DNA of 38,365 nt from Nitrospirae bacterium GWC2_56_14 (GTDB lineage: Bacteria; Nitrospirota; UBA9217), in assembly GCA_001803705.1 (NCBI GenBank), contig MHDY01000253.1:1-38365 (forward strand). The letters are read 5' to 3'. The position numbers were made by a program, and so were the translations under genes. Of the stretch, positions 17,848-29,264 are shown in pieces (the stretch's first letter is position 1; each line of letters opens with the position of its first letter). Below the pieces are notes generated by a model. That model saw only the letters and a list, made by a program, of their open reading frames with translations, searched no databases and was not told the origin of the DNA.

Positions 17848-18807
17848 TCATGCCGGCCGCTTGAACCGTTTGAACCCGGAACACTCGACGATCTCCAGCG
17901 ACGCGCTTGGCTCAAGCTTATCAAGCAACAGGTTCAGACCAAGCGTATCGCTCGACATGTGTCCTGCGATGACCACATGGAGATGATGCTTCTCCGCTTC
18001 TTTCCGGTGGTCCTCGGGCAGATGCATCGCGACCAGGGTCCCGACGCCGGACTGCACCAGTTTCTCCAGGGTCTCTTTGGAACCTGACGTCCCGCCGGTC
18101 ATTTTCACGAAGATTTTTCCCGTGCGCTGTTCATCGGAACCCACCAGGATGCGAGGGCCGGCGTTGTTCCTGCGGGCCTCCTGGTATTCCGGAATATCCT
18201 TCAAAAGTTTCAGTACATCCTTTAACCGCTGCGGCGACGCGCTGTCAAAAAGCCGCTGCAGATGGCTCGATACCATGTTATCGGCCGGCGTATGAATGCA
18301 GCAATACGGAATACCGAGCAACCGCGCCGCATCAACAGGCCGGGTGTGGTTCACCGGCAACAAGCTCCGCTCGACCTCTTTCATTCTGCTGTCCAGCTGA
18401 CCCTCGGCTACATTGATCGGCACGCCGAACCGGTTCAGGATATCGGCCTGCATTTTCATTACTTCATAGAAATTGGCGTACGCGCGGCCTTCGGGGTGAT
18501 GGGCGAGAACAAGGTCGATACCGGCGCCCTTCTCATTCAGCCGGTCGGCGAGCAGCAGTTCCGGTGATTCAATGTCGATCCCGACCAGGATCTTCCGCAC
18601 CGGTTGGTCCGGACTGCCATGCAGGACCCTGCTGTCGGCATAGGGATTGGTAAGCTGCTCAGGGTCAAATGAGGCCTGCTCGTCGGGTTCAAGCCCGTTA
18701 AAAAAAACCCGTTTGTCCTGCAACTCCTGCTCAACGGCGGCCCGCCCTCGCGGGTCGGCGTCTATACCATGCTGGATCGCACCATGGAACAGTTCTTGAA
18801 GCGTCAC
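17848..18807 (-). CDS. NIF3 (NGG1p-interacting factor 3) / DUF34 family metal-binding protein
   Basis: 319 aa with a GTG start at 18805-18807, preceded by AGGAG with a 7-nt spacer. NIF3-type His/Asp-rich motifs are DLVLAHHPEG, CIHTPADN and VVIAGHMSSD. Confidence 0.82.
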   Translation of the reverse strand: MTLQELFHGAIQHGIDADPRGRAAVEQELQDKRVFFNGLEPDEQASFDPEQLTNPYADSRVLHGSPDQPVRKILVGIDIESPELLLADRLNEKGAGIDLVLAHHPEGRAYANFYEVMKMQADILNRFGVPINVAEGQLDSRMKEVERSLLPVNHTRPVDAARLLGIPYCCIHTPADNMVSSHLQRLFDSASPQRLKDVLKLLKDIPEYQEARRNNAGPRILVGSDEQRTGKIFVKMTGGTSGSKETLEKLVQSGVGTLVAMHLPEDHRKEAEKHHLHVVIAGHMSSDTLGLNLLLDKLEPSASLEIVECSGFKRFKRPA

Positions 18808-18819
18808 TGCGGGACTCCT

Positions 18820-18856
18820 AAAAAAAATCAGGGGGCCTGGTCCTTATGGCCCCCTG
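18820..18856 (-). terminator. intrinsic terminator after the yqeY-like gene, abutting the SD of the NIF3 gene
   Basis: 9-bp stem cagggggcc (18829-37) / ggccccctg (18848-56). On the minus strand 8 T (18827-18820) follow. The NIF3 SD AGGAG (18819-18815) is directly adjacent. Confidence 0.75.
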
Positions 18857-18903
18857 TTCAGCCTTATCGTAGAATGCAGCTCACCGCTCCGGCAAAGAGG
18901 CCG

Positions 18904-19347
18904 TTAACCCAGTGCACTTTTTACCAGCTCGCTCACTAATTTTCCGTCTGCGCGGCCGCCCACCATGGGGATCAGGGTTTTCATGACCTTGCCCATATCC
19001 TTGCTGCCCTGGGCTCCCGACTGGGTGATAGCCTCACGCACCAGAGGCTCCAGTTCTTCGCGCGACAACTGCTGCGGAAGATACACCTCAAGGAACGCGA
19101 TCTCCGCGGTCTCCTTGTCAACGAGGTCCTGTCTCCCGCCCTTGGAAAATTGCTCGACAGAGTCTCTCCGCTGTTTGATAAGCGAGCGTACGGCTTCAAG
19201 CACTTCGTCCTCGGTCAGCGGTCCCCGCTTGTCGATCTGCCTGTTCTTAAGCGCAGCGCTCAACATGCGGAGCGTTGAGACCTTTTCCTTCGCTCCTGCT
19301 TTGAGGGCACCCTTTGTGTCTGCGTCGATCTGCTCCCGTAAACCCAT
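18904..19347 (-). CDS. yqeY: GatB/YqeY domain protein
   Basis: ORF 18904..19413, with the start set at ATG 19345-19347, preceded by GGAGG. The sequence LREQIDADTKGALKAGAKEKVSTLRMLSAALKN...LPQQLSREELEPLVREAI is typical of YqeY. Confidence 0.85.
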   Translation of the reverse strand: MGLREQIDADTKGALKAGAKEKVSTLRMLSAALKNRQIDKRGPLTEDEVLEAVRSLIKQRRDSVEQFSKGGRQDLVDKETAEIAFLEVYLPQQLSREELEPLVREAITQSGAQGSKDMGKVMKTLIPMVGGRADGKLVSELVKSALG

Positions 19348-19393
19348 CCGGTCCCCTCCAGGCACTTCGTCTTTTTTGCATGAACAACCAGAG

Positions 19394-19594
19394 CTAACCC
19401 TGTCTGAAAACACGCGCTGTCTTCGCTGCCTTCTTGCGTGCAGCTATCGCCTTTTTCTTCTTTTTTACGCTGGGCTTCTCGTAATGCTCTCTTTTTTTGA
19501 CCTCGGAAAGAACACCTTCTTTTTCGATGCTCTTTTTGAACCTTCGCAAAGCGACTTCAAAAGGCTCATTGTCGCGTAATCGTATGCTCGGCAC
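19394..19594 (-). CDS. rpsU: 30S ribosomal protein S21
   Basis: A GTG start at 19592-19594 gives [42 protein letters not shown]..., a typical S21. A G-rich SD (GGGAGGGGGG) lies upstream. Confidence 0.85.
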   Translation of the reverse strand: MPSIRLRDNEPFEVALRRFKKSIEKEGVLSEVKKREHYEKPSVKKKKKAIAARKKAAKTARVFRQG

Positions 19595-19831
19595 CCTTAC
19601 TACACCCCCCTCCCAACACATCTTGTTGATTTAATTATAATTATGAATGTTCGCCAGCGCGGATAGTCCCGTATAATAATTTCCTAAAACAGCTAAACCG
19701 CTCATCCATCAAGGCGAGGAGCGGCATAATCATTATAGATAACAAGTCCTTCGATGAATGTCAAGAGAAATTTTCTTTAATTTCGCTACGTTGCCCGCTG
19801 TTTTTTGGATAGACCGGGATCGAAAAAACCT

Positions 19832-21037
19832 TCAACTCCGATAAGCTGCATTGATCTTAATATACTCGTTCGACAGGTCGCAGGTCCATATCGTTGCTTC
19901 GGCCTTGCCCTTATGCAGATCAATGGTTATCTGCACCTCCCGCTGTTTAAGAGCCAGCGATGCCTCGCGGTCAGCGGCCTTGCCCTGCCCTAATCCTTTC
20001 TCTACGAGTTTGGCTTTCCCGATCGAGATGTCGGTGCGGCTTTCGTCCATGTCCACGCCTGAGTAGCCGAGTGCTGCCATGATCCTGCCCCAGTTCGCAT
20101 CTTCCCCGAAGAGAGCTGTCTTGACCAGGCTCGATTTTGCCACCGTGACAGCGGCACGTTTTGCCTCTGCCGGGTTCTTCGCTCCCCGCACCACGATCTC
20201 TACGAATTTGGTCGCGCCTTCGCCGTCGCGTACCACCTGTCGCGCCAGCGATCTCGTCACGGCATCGAGGCAGGCCTGGAATTTTTTCTGTTCCTTGGTG
20301 CCGGCGGCAATCCTCTTGTTTCCGGCAGCGCCATTGGCCATGCAAAGGATCATGTCATTGGTGCTCGTGTCGCCATCTACCGTAATGCTGTTGAATGACG
20401 TTTCCACCGATGACAGCAGGCACTTTTTGAGCAGGGGAGCGGCGATGGCGGCGTCCGTCATGATAAAGCAGAGCATCGTCGCCATATCAGGGTGGATCAT
20501 GCCCGAGCCCTTGGCGATGCCGGCAACCGTGACGGTCTTGCCGCCGATCTCTTCCTGCACGATCGAGAGCTTCGGATAGAGGTCGGTGGTCATGATCGCC
20601 TCTGCAGCCTGCTCCCAGCCCGCGGGCGAGAGCAGACCGGCAGCGGTGACGATGCCGGATTCAAGCTTCTGCAGGGGCAAAAACTCGCCGATCACGCCGG
20701 TCGACGCAACGTACACCGATGCGGGCGGGACCCCGAGTTCCCGTGCAGCAATGTCCGCCGTGGCGCGCGCGTCAGCCAGGCCCCGCTTTCCCGTGCAGGC
20801 ATTGGCACAGCCGCTGTTGGCCACCATGACCTGGCCTTTGCCCGACTTTGCCTTTGCCGCATCGAGCAGCACACAGGCGGCTTTAACGCGGTTCTTCGTG
20901 AACACCCCGGCTACGGCAGCCTCGCGGTCGGAATAAATGAGCGCCAGGTCCTTTTTATCGGTCTTCTTGATGCCGCAGTGGATGCCCCAGGCCTTAAAAC
21001 CGGGCACGGAAAAACTTTTTGTATCCAGAATCCTCAT
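19832..21037 (-). CDS. argJ: bifunctional glutamate N-acetyltransferase / amino-acid acetyltransferase
   Basis: 401 aa. It has the ArgJ autoprocessing site context PDMATMLCFIMTDA and family-wide similarity. Confidence 0.95.
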   Translation of the reverse strand: MRILDTKSFSVPGFKAWGIHCGIKKTDKKDLALIYSDREAAVAGVFTKNRVKAACVLLDAAKAKSGKGQVMVANSGCANACTGKRGLADARATADIAARELGVPPASVYVASTGVIGEFLPLQKLESGIVTAAGLLSPAGWEQAAEAIMTTDLYPKLSIVQEEIGGKTVTVAGIAKGSGMIHPDMATMLCFIMTDAAIAAPLLKKCLLSSVETSFNSITVDGDTSTNDMILCMANGAAGNKRIAAGTKEQKKFQACLDAVTRSLARQVVRDGEGATKFVEIVVRGAKNPAEAKRAAVTVAKSSLVKTALFGEDANWGRIMAALGYSGVDMDESRTDISIGKAKLVEKGLGQGKAADREASLALKQREVQITIDLHKGKAEATIWTCDLSNEYIKINAAYRS

Positions 21038-21079
21038 TGTTCTACCCCTGTCGGAAGAATAAGTGGCCCTGTTCCGCGC

Positions 21080-22138
21080 TTACGGAAAAAGCCCGGCGCT
21101 GGTGAGGCCCGTTGTTTCTTCGAACGCCATCATCAGGTTCATGTTCTGCACCGCCTGGCCGGCAGCTCCCTTGACGAGGTTGTCGATAACCGATACCACA
21201 ACCGCGCGTCCGGTGCGAGGGTCGGCAGTGACGCCGATATCGCAGAAATTCGACCCACGCACATTCCGTACGTTCGGCAGTTGCCCCGCCGGCAGTATCC
21301 GGACGAACGGTTCATGCTTATAGAAATCCGAATAGCGCCCATGAAGCGTCGTGGTGTCCAGGTTTTCCGTCAACCGGGCATATATAGTCGTCAGGATCCC
21401 GCGGTTCATCGGGATCAGGTGCGGTGTGAACGACACGGTCACCGGATGGCCCGCAAGCGCGCTCAGCTCCTGCTCGATCTCCGGTGTATGACGGTGCGTG
21501 CCTATCTTGTATGCCATCAACCCTTCATTCGCTTCCGGGTAATGATAGGCAAGCGCCGGACTTCGTCCTGCCCCGGATACCCCGGACTTGGAATCGATGA
21601 TAATGCTTGTAAGGTCCGCTATGCCCATGCCCTGTTTGATGAGCGGCGCGAGGCCCAGGATAGCGCTCGTGGGGTAACATCCCGGGTTGGCGATAAGTGA
21701 GGCTTTTTTAATTTGTTCCCGCCGCAGCTCCGGCAGCCCATAGACCGCCTGCTTTAACAGTTCGGGATACTGGTGGCTATGCTCATACCACTGCGCATAG
21801 ACCGCCGGATCGGCGAGCCGGTAATCCGCGGAAAGGTCAACGACCTTTGTGCCAAGCGCCCGGAACTTGTTCGCCGCATCCTGGGCTGTCACGTGCGGGA
21901 GAGCGAGGAATACCAGGTCGGCCTTCTTCGCTATAACGGCAGGGTCCAGGGGCTCGCAGATAAGCCGGGTCAGGCTGGCCAGATGGGGGAAAATCGCGGT
22001 GATGGGCTGGCCTGCGGACCGTTCTGACGTAATGGCGCTCACCGTCACGTTCGGATGATTGAGGAGTATCCGCAGGAGCTCCCCGCCCGTGTATCCGCTC
22101 GAGCCGACGATCGCAACTTGTAATGTTTCTTTACCCAT
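21080..22138 (-). CDS. argC: N-acetyl-gamma-glutamyl-phosphate reductase
   Basis: 352 aa. The NAD(P) loop is VAIVGSSGYTGGELLR and the catalytic Cys lies in ANPGCYPTS. Confidence 0.95.
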   Translation of the reverse strand: MGKETLQVAIVGSSGYTGGELLRILLNHPNVTVSAITSERSAGQPITAIFPHLASLTRLICEPLDPAVIAKKADLVFLALPHVTAQDAANKFRALGTKVVDLSADYRLADPAVYAQWYEHSHQYPELLKQAVYGLPELRREQIKKASLIANPGCYPTSAILGLAPLIKQGMGIADLTSIIIDSKSGVSGAGRSPALAYHYPEANEGLMAYKIGTHRHTPEIEQELSALAGHPVTVSFTPHLIPMNRGILTTIYARLTENLDTTTLHGRYSDFYKHEPFVRILPAGQLPNVRNVRGSNFCDIGVTADPRTGRAVVVSVIDNLVKGAAGQAVQNMNLMMAFEETTGLTSAGLFP

Positions 22139-22176
22139 GACCGGAACCCGACCTGAGGCCCTGCGTTTCCGCCGGG

Positions 22177-22210
22177 CAAAATAAAAGGGAAGGCATCTCT
22201 ACCTTCCCTT
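22177..22210 (-). terminator. intrinsic terminator after rpsI
   Basis: 9-bp stem aagggaagg (22185-93) / ccttccctt (22202-10) with an 8-nt loop. On the minus strand TTTATTTT (22184-22177) follows. Confidence 0.75.
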
Positions 22211-22259
22211 GCATCGAAACAGGATATGCAACATATACAGCAGTAGGTATAAGGATCCC

Positions 22260-22661
22260 TTATCTCTTCGAGAACTGGAACCGTGCCCGTGCGCCCTTTT
22301 GACCGTACTTTTTGCGCTCTTTCGCTCTCGGGTCGCGGGTCAGAAGGCCTTCCTTGCGCAGCTTGCCTCTCGACTCTTCGTCGATCGTGAGCAGCGCCTT
22401 GGAGATGCCATGCCTGATGGCACCGGCCTGTCCGGAATTGCCGCCGCCGAGCACGCTCACGAGCACATCGTACTTGTCGATCGTGCCGGTCACTTCGAAG
22501 GGCTGGCGAATAATCATCTTGAGCACGTCCCGACCGAAATACTGGTCAATGGACTTCTCATTGATGGTTATCTTGCCGTTGCCGGGCATCATCCACACCC
22601 GGGCGATTGAATTTTTTCGTTTTCCTGTCGCGTAAAATCTCGATACGGTCGCAGCTGACAT
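22260..22661 (-). CDS. rpsI: 30S ribosomal protein S9
   Basis: The ORF track starts at a TTG (22664). I prefer ATG 22659-22661, which has GGAGG 7 nt upstream. The sequence includes [19 protein letters not shown] and the C-terminal [10 protein letters not shown]. Confidence 0.95.
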   Translation of the reverse strand: MSAATVSRFYATGKRKNSIARVWMMPGNGKITINEKSIDQYFGRDVLKMIIRQPFEVTGTIDKYDVLVSVLGGGNSGQAGAIRHGISKALLTIDEESRGKLRKEGLLTRDPRAKERKKYGQKGARARFQFSKR

Positions 22662-22700
22662 CAAACTTCCTCCTCAATAATACCGCAATACCACGTACGG

Positions 22701-23135
22701 CTATGCCTCTATAGTCATCGCTGCCGGCTGCTGCGCATCGTGCGGATGGGTTTCTCCGGCATACACTTTCAACTTGGTCATCATCTGCTTGCCCAACTGC
22801 GTCTTGGGCAGCATGCCCTCGACGGCCTTGATGATCACATCCTCGGGCTTCGTCTTCAAAAGCGTCCCGGCAGTAATGGACTTCAGTCCGCCCGGATATC
22901 CCGAGTGATGGTAATACATCTTCTGGTCAAGCTTCCTGCCTGTCAGATGCACTTTGTCCGCGTTCACGACGATCACAAAATCGCCGGTGTCAACATGCTT
23001 GGTATAGATCGGCTTGGTCTTGCCTTTCAATATCGAAGCGATTACTGTGGCCATCCTGCCGAGGGTCTTGCCCTTGGCATCGACGACAAACCATTTTCTG
23101 ACGACATCTTCTTTTTTTGCCGAGTAGGTACCCAT
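22701..23135 (-). CDS. rplM: 50S ribosomal protein L13
   Basis: 144 aa. The sequence [26 protein letters not shown]...[12 protein letters not shown] is typical L13. Confidence 0.95.
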   Translation of the reverse strand: MGTYSAKKEDVVRKWFVVDAKGKTLGRMATVIASILKGKTKPIYTKHVDTGDFVIVVNADKVHLTGRKLDQKMYYHHSGYPGGLKSITAGTLLKTKPEDVIIKAVEGMLPKTQLGKQMMTKLKVYAGETHPHDAQQPAAMTIEA

Positions 23136-23180
23136 AATTCCCGCCTTGCTTGTTCAGGTGTAGTTTTTTTAAGAATTGCG

Positions 23181-23209
23181 AATATAAACAAATTCACCAG
23201 GTTTGTCAA
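23181..23209 (-). promoter_or_regulatory. sigma70-like promoter candidate for rplM-rpsI
   Basis: On the minus strand: TTGACA (23209-23204), 17-nt spacer, TATATT (23186-23181). It lies about 45 nt upstream of the rplM ATG. Confidence 0.6.
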
Positions 23210-23341
23210 GCATTTTATATTGCCATGGGCGCCGGTAAATGACACGCCAGTCAGCGCCCCTACGCAATGTCCATAAAAGTCTTTATAATTTAATTACTTA
23301 TATCTTTTTTACCGGTGCGCCAACATCTCTGGCACAACCTT

Positions 23342-23372
23342 AAAAATAAAAAGACAACGAGTCTCCTCGTTG
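23342..23372 (-). terminator. intrinsic terminator after the small membrane protein pair
   Basis: 7-bp stem caacgag (23355-61) / ctcgttg (23366-72) with loop tctc. On the minus strand TCTTTTTATTTTT follows. Confidence 0.6.
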
Positions 23373-23471
23373 CCTTTTTGGCGCCTTTTTACGTAGCTTC
23401 AGGGCATCGGCCCTTTCGGTTCTCCTGCGCCTGCGACAGCAGGTCAGATCGTGAGATCGGCCTCGCAGGTA

Positions 23472-23789
23472 CTAAGCTGTTTCAGACGCTTCTTTTTTCT
23501 GCCTCATTGCAGCAGGAGCTGCGACAACAGAGCCCATCAACGTGCCGAGCAGACCGCCGACCACAATACTTACCGTGGCTGCGCAGGCGATGCCGACCCC
23601 GATTCCCATCACAATGGCCGCGCGCACAAAAAGCGTCGGCTCAACAGTGCCGCCCATGATCTTCTGGAGCAGAATAAGGGTCCCAAAGCTGCCGAAATAG
23701 AACCCGGGAACGATTCCGGCCACTAAGAATACCAGCCCGCCCACTGTCGCGCCTATTTTCATTCCTGTTTTTACTGTTTCGTTCTTCAT
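23472..23789 (-). CDS. small Gly/Ala-rich integral membrane protein (paralogue 1)
   Basis: 105 aa with AGGAGG 7 nt upstream of the ATG. There are three hydrophobic Gly-zipper-like segments (GATVGGLVFLVAGIVPG, AAIVMGIGVGIACAA, VVGGLLGTLMG). I recognise no family. Confidence 0.6.
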   Translation of the reverse strand: MKNETVKTGMKIGATVGGLVFLVAGIVPGFYFGSFGTLILLQKIMGGTVEPTLFVRAAIVMGIGVGIACAATVSIVVGGLLGTLMGSVVAAPAAMRQKKEASETA

Positions 23790-23837
23790 GACATGACCTC
23801 CTTTTGGCCGTAGCTTGTCGTATTTTACTGGGATTTA

Positions 23838-24161
23838 TTACTTTTGTGCGGTTTTGCCTGCTTCAGCAGCCTCTTTGGCATGCACTCCTGATTCAAGCAC
23901 TTTGCCTGCAAGCCAGCCGATGGAGGATGTGGCCGTCACGATCACAATACCCGCGACCAGTACCCCCATAAGCATTGAGGCCAGAACGATCATCCGGGAG
24001 AGAATGCCTGGTTGAAGCGGGAGACCAAAAAGCCATCCTGCTATATTGATCCCCATGGCGCCTCCCAGCAAACTGCCGGGCATGAGTCCGAACAAGGCGA
24101 ACAGCACCAGTCCAGCACCGGCCCCAAGGTACGCTGTTTTTCTTGCTATTGTGGTCTTCAT
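23838..24161 (-). CDS. small Gly/Ala-rich integral membrane protein (paralogue 2)
   Basis: ORF 23838..24227, with the start set at ATG 24159-24161, preceded by AGGAGG. The 107-aa product has the same architecture as 23472..23789 (GAGAGLVLFALFGLMPG..., VLASMLMGVLVAGIVIV). Confidence 0.6.
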   Translation of the reverse strand: MKTTIARKTAYLGAGAGLVLFALFGLMPGSLLGGAMGINIAGWLFGLPLQPGILSRMIVLASMLMGVLVAGIVIVTATSSIGWLAGKVLESGVHAKEAAEAGKTAQK

Positions 24162-24517
24162 AATGAATTCCTCCTTTTCGTTCTGCTTTGACCGGTATTT
24201 TGCATCAAGCGTGCCAAACTTAAACATACTGATTTAATTACGATTCCTGTCCACTGGTCATTTGCAGATATGAGAAAACTGGAGTGACGTTATTACTATT
24301 GCGAATATCGTTATGTGCCTTACTGCTCCCCTGCCATCATTATACATACCAAGCAGATTTTTCTTGTATTGCGAACTGACCTATGCTATTTTAAGGGTCG
24401 CCCTTTAGGGGCATATTCTAAATCCACACGCGCCAGGACCTGCAGGCAGATGTCCCGAACCTAACCGTCGGGTCTGCCCGGGGATGATCGGCGCGGAGGC
24501 AAAACAGGAGGGACATA

Positions 24518-25306
<789 letters not shown>

Positions 25307-25357
25307 GCGCAGGAACAACACAAAAGTTATACTACTGTTGAAGGGAGTTTTTTTAGC

Positions 25358-26236
25358 ATGGCCACAATATCTGCAAGCGCAGTCAAGGATCTGAGAGAAA
25401 AGACCGGGGTCGGCATGATGGATGCCAAGAAGGCCCTTGAAGAAGCTGGCGGTGATTTTGAGAAGGCCGTCGATATTTTGAGAAAAAAGGGGCTGTCTGC
25501 TGCGGCAAAGAAGGCAGACCGCGTAGCTTCCGAAGGCATGATCGCGTTCAGCAGTTCCGGCAGGACCGGCGTGCTCGCTGAGGTCAATAGTGAGACGGAC
25601 TTCGTGTCCAAGAACCCTGAGTTCCAGCAGTTCGCAAAAAGCGTCGCAGAACTCGTTTCCACGCAGAACCCGGCGGACGTTGCGGCCCTTTCGCAGCTGA
25701 TGCTCGGCAATGAGAGCGTCGAGGCCAGGCGGCAGACCCTGGTGCAGAAGATCGGCGAGAACATCGCGATCCGCCGGTTCGAGCGGTATGAGACCGACGG
25801 CTCGATCGCTGTTTATCTGCATGGCACCCGCATCGGCGTCATGGTGGATTATGCCGGCGGTGACGAGCAGCTGGGCAAGGACATTGCGATGCACATTGCC
25901 GCAGCGAACCCGCAGCATCTATCCCGCGAGTCCGTTCCTGCAGAGACCATCGCCCGCGAACGGGCGGTATACGAAGGTCAGGCCAAGGAATCAGGAAAAC
26001 CGGCAGCGGTCATCGGCAAGATCATTGACGGCAAGATGGAAAAATTCTACACGGATTTCTGTCTTCTGGAACAGGTATACATCAAAGACCCTGACGGCAA
26101 GCTCAAGGTCAAGGACCTCTTGAAGAAGGCCGGCGGGAACGCCGCGGTCCGCCGGTTCGTTCGGTACCAGCTCGGCGAAGGGATTGAAAAGAAGAAAGCG
26201 AATTTTGCAGAAGAGGTTGCCGCACAGCTGAAGTAG
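25358..26236 (+). CDS. tsf: translation elongation factor Ts
   Basis: 292 aa. The UBA-like N-terminus is ISASAVKDLREKTGVGMMDAKKALEEAGGDFEKAVDILRKKG, and the TDFV motif is present. Confidence 0.95.
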   Translation: MATISASAVKDLREKTGVGMMDAKKALEEAGGDFEKAVDILRKKGLSAAAKKADRVASEGMIAFSSSGRTGVLAEVNSETDFVSKNPEFQQFAKSVAELVSTQNPADVAALSQLMLGNESVEARRQTLVQKIGENIAIRRFERYETDGSIAVYLHGTRIGVMVDYAGGDEQLGKDIAMHIAAANPQHLSRESVPAETIARERAVYEGQAKESGKPAAVIGKIIDGKMEKFYTDFCLLEQVYIKDPDGKLKVKDLLKKAGGNAAVRRFVRYQLGEGIEKKKANFAEEVAAQLK

Positions 26237-26339
26237 CAATCGAGGTGCTGGTTCCCTCCGTGTTCGTGAACAAACGACGGGAACGGCACCACAGGTTGTA
26301 TCTGATGCAATTTTGACCTGAAGCACCCCTATACTGACG

Positions 26340-27062
26340 ATGGCGCAATCACCTTATAAACGGATCATGCTCAAGCTCTCAGGCGAGGCCCTGATGGGCG
26401 ACCAGCAGTACGGCATTGACCTTGCCGTCCTGGACAAGATCGCTTCCGAGATCAAGGATATCTACGGCCTCGGCATCGAGATCGCCGTCGTCATCGGCGG
26501 CGGCAACATCTTCAGGGGCCTGGCCGCATCGGCAAAGGGCATGGAACGGGCAAGTGCCGACTACATGGGCATGCTTGCCACGGTCCTGAACGCCCTGGCC
26601 CTCCAGAACGCGCTCGAGAACAGAGGGGTCGTCACCCGAGTGCAGTCCGCCATCGAGATGCGCGAACTGGCCGAACCTTACATCCGCAGGAAAGCCGTTC
26701 GGCATCTTGAGAAAAAGCGGGTCGTCATCTTTGCGGCCGGCACGGGCAACCCCTATTTTACCACGGATACCGCTGCCGCTCTCCGCGCCATGGAGATCGG
26801 TGCGCAAGTGATCATGAAAGCCACCAAGGTGGACGGAGTATATAGCGCCGACCCCGTGAAAGACCCGACGGCAACGAAGTACGATCGGCTCACGTATATC
26901 GAAGTGCTTCAGAAAGACCTGCGGGTCATGGACGCGACTGCCATCTCCCTCTGCATGGACAACAATCTTCCTATTATCGTATTCGACCTGAACACCGCGG
27001 GAAACATCAACCGTATTGTCAGGGGTGAATCGGTGGGAACGCTGGTCGCAGGGAGGCAATAA
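26340..27062 (+). CDS. pyrH: UMP kinase
   Basis: 240 aa with the motifs [22 protein letters not shown] and [13 protein letters not shown]. Confidence 0.95.
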   Translation: MAQSPYKRIMLKLSGEALMGDQQYGIDLAVLDKIASEIKDIYGLGIEIAVVIGGGNIFRGLAASAKGMERASADYMGMLATVLNALALQNALENRGVVTRVQSAIEMRELAEPYIRRKAVRHLEKKRVVIFAAGTGNPYFTTDTAAALRAMEIGAQVIMKATKVDGVYSADPVKDPTATKYDRLTYIEVLQKDLRVMDATAISLCMDNNLPIIVFDLNTAGNINRIVRGESVGTLVAGRQ

Positions 27063-27625
27063 TGCTGAGCGAGCAGAAAAAAAAGGCCGAGGAGAAGATG
27101 GGCAAGGCCGTCGACACCCTGAGAAAAGAATTCACCTCGCTGCGTACCGGCAGGGCGTCGCTCGGCATGCTCGACGGCATCATGGTTGACTATTACGGCA
27201 CACCGACCCAGCTCAGCCAGGTCGCCAACCTGGCAGTGCCCGATGCGCGGCAGATCACGATCCAGCCCTGGGAAGCAAAGATGCTCGGCGAGATCGAAAA
27301 AGCCATTCTCAAATCGGACGTTGGGCTTACACCGAACAACGACGGCAAGATCATTCGCCTCAGTATCCCGCCGCTGACCGAGGAGCGAAGGCACCAGATC
27401 GTGAAGCATGCCAGGAAACTCGCCGAGGATGCGCGTGTCGCCGTCAGGAACATTCGCCGGGACAGCAACGACGACATCAAGAAAAAGAGCAAGGACAAGG
27501 ACGTTCACGTATCCGAGGACGAGATCAAGAAGCTGCAGGATGAGATCCAGAAAACGACAGACAATTATATCAAGAAGATCGATGAAGTTTTGACACAAAA
27601 GGAAAAAGAGATCATGACCGTGTAG
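27062..27625 (+). CDS. frr: ribosome recycling factor
   Basis: 187 aa. Its ATG overlaps the pyrH stop (TAATG). The sequence [32 protein letters not shown] is typical RRF. Confidence 0.95.
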   Translation: MLSEQKKKAEEKMGKAVDTLRKEFTSLRTGRASLGMLDGIMVDYYGTPTQLSQVANLAVPDARQITIQPWEAKMLGEIEKAILKSDVGLTPNNDGKIIRLSIPPLTEERRHQIVKHARKLAEDARVAVRNIRRDSNDDIKKKSKDKDVHVSEDEIKKLQDEIQKTTDNYIKKIDEVLTQKEKEIMTV

Positions 27626-27660
27626 TGACGGCATTAGATACCATGTTGGAATACCGGCGC

Positions 27661-27697
27661 CTGCCTCGTTTTACTACGAAGCAGGCAGCTTTTTTTC
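27661..27697 (+). terminator. weak intrinsic terminator candidate after frr
   Basis: 6-bp stem ctgcct (27661-66) / aggcag (27683-88), followed by CTTTTTTT. The stem is short and the loop long. Confidence 0.35.
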
Positions 27698-27927
27698 AGG
27701 ATTTTTTTATCCCTGACGCAACGACGACTCCTGTGTCACCACTCCCCGTGATACCCTCTCTCTGCCCGCAGTTTCGTTTACAAACAGACCTCTGCACGAT
27801 TCTCGCTACACAAAGTGCATTTTCAGGAACAGCTCCCAATCAGTGTCTGCTCATGCCAGGCGTCCTTTCATTAGCAAACAGACATATGATTATTAAGAAA
27901 TTTTATAATGGCTTACCGGGTTTTTTC

Positions 27928-27956
27928 TTGACAAAAAATGGGGGTTCCTGTAAATT
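27928..27956 (+). promoter_or_regulatory. sigma70-like promoter candidate for atpB-atpE
   Basis: TTGACA (27928-33), 17-nt spacer, TAAATT (27951-56). It lies about 37 nt upstream of the atpB ATG, whose SD is AAGGAG. Confidence 0.6.
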
Positions 27957-27992
27957 TTTCCTGTACTTTTATGGAATCAAAGGAGTGTACGA

Positions 27993-29160
<1,168 letters not shown>

Positions 29161-29195
29161 TTTTTCGCACTCAATACTTTAAAGAACGCAAAAAA

Positions 29196-29223
29196 GGGGC
29201 GGCTTAACCGCCCCTTTTTTTAT
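29196..29223. terminator. bidirectional intrinsic terminator between atpE and the convergent hexapeptide-repeat gene
   Basis: 7-bp GC stem ggggcgg (29196-202) / ccgcccc (29208-14). It is flanked by AAAAAA upstream and TTTTTTTTT downstream. Confidence 0.8.
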
Positions 29224-29264
29224 TGTCTACTGAGCAGCCGCAACGTTTTTCCGTACCCAAACGC

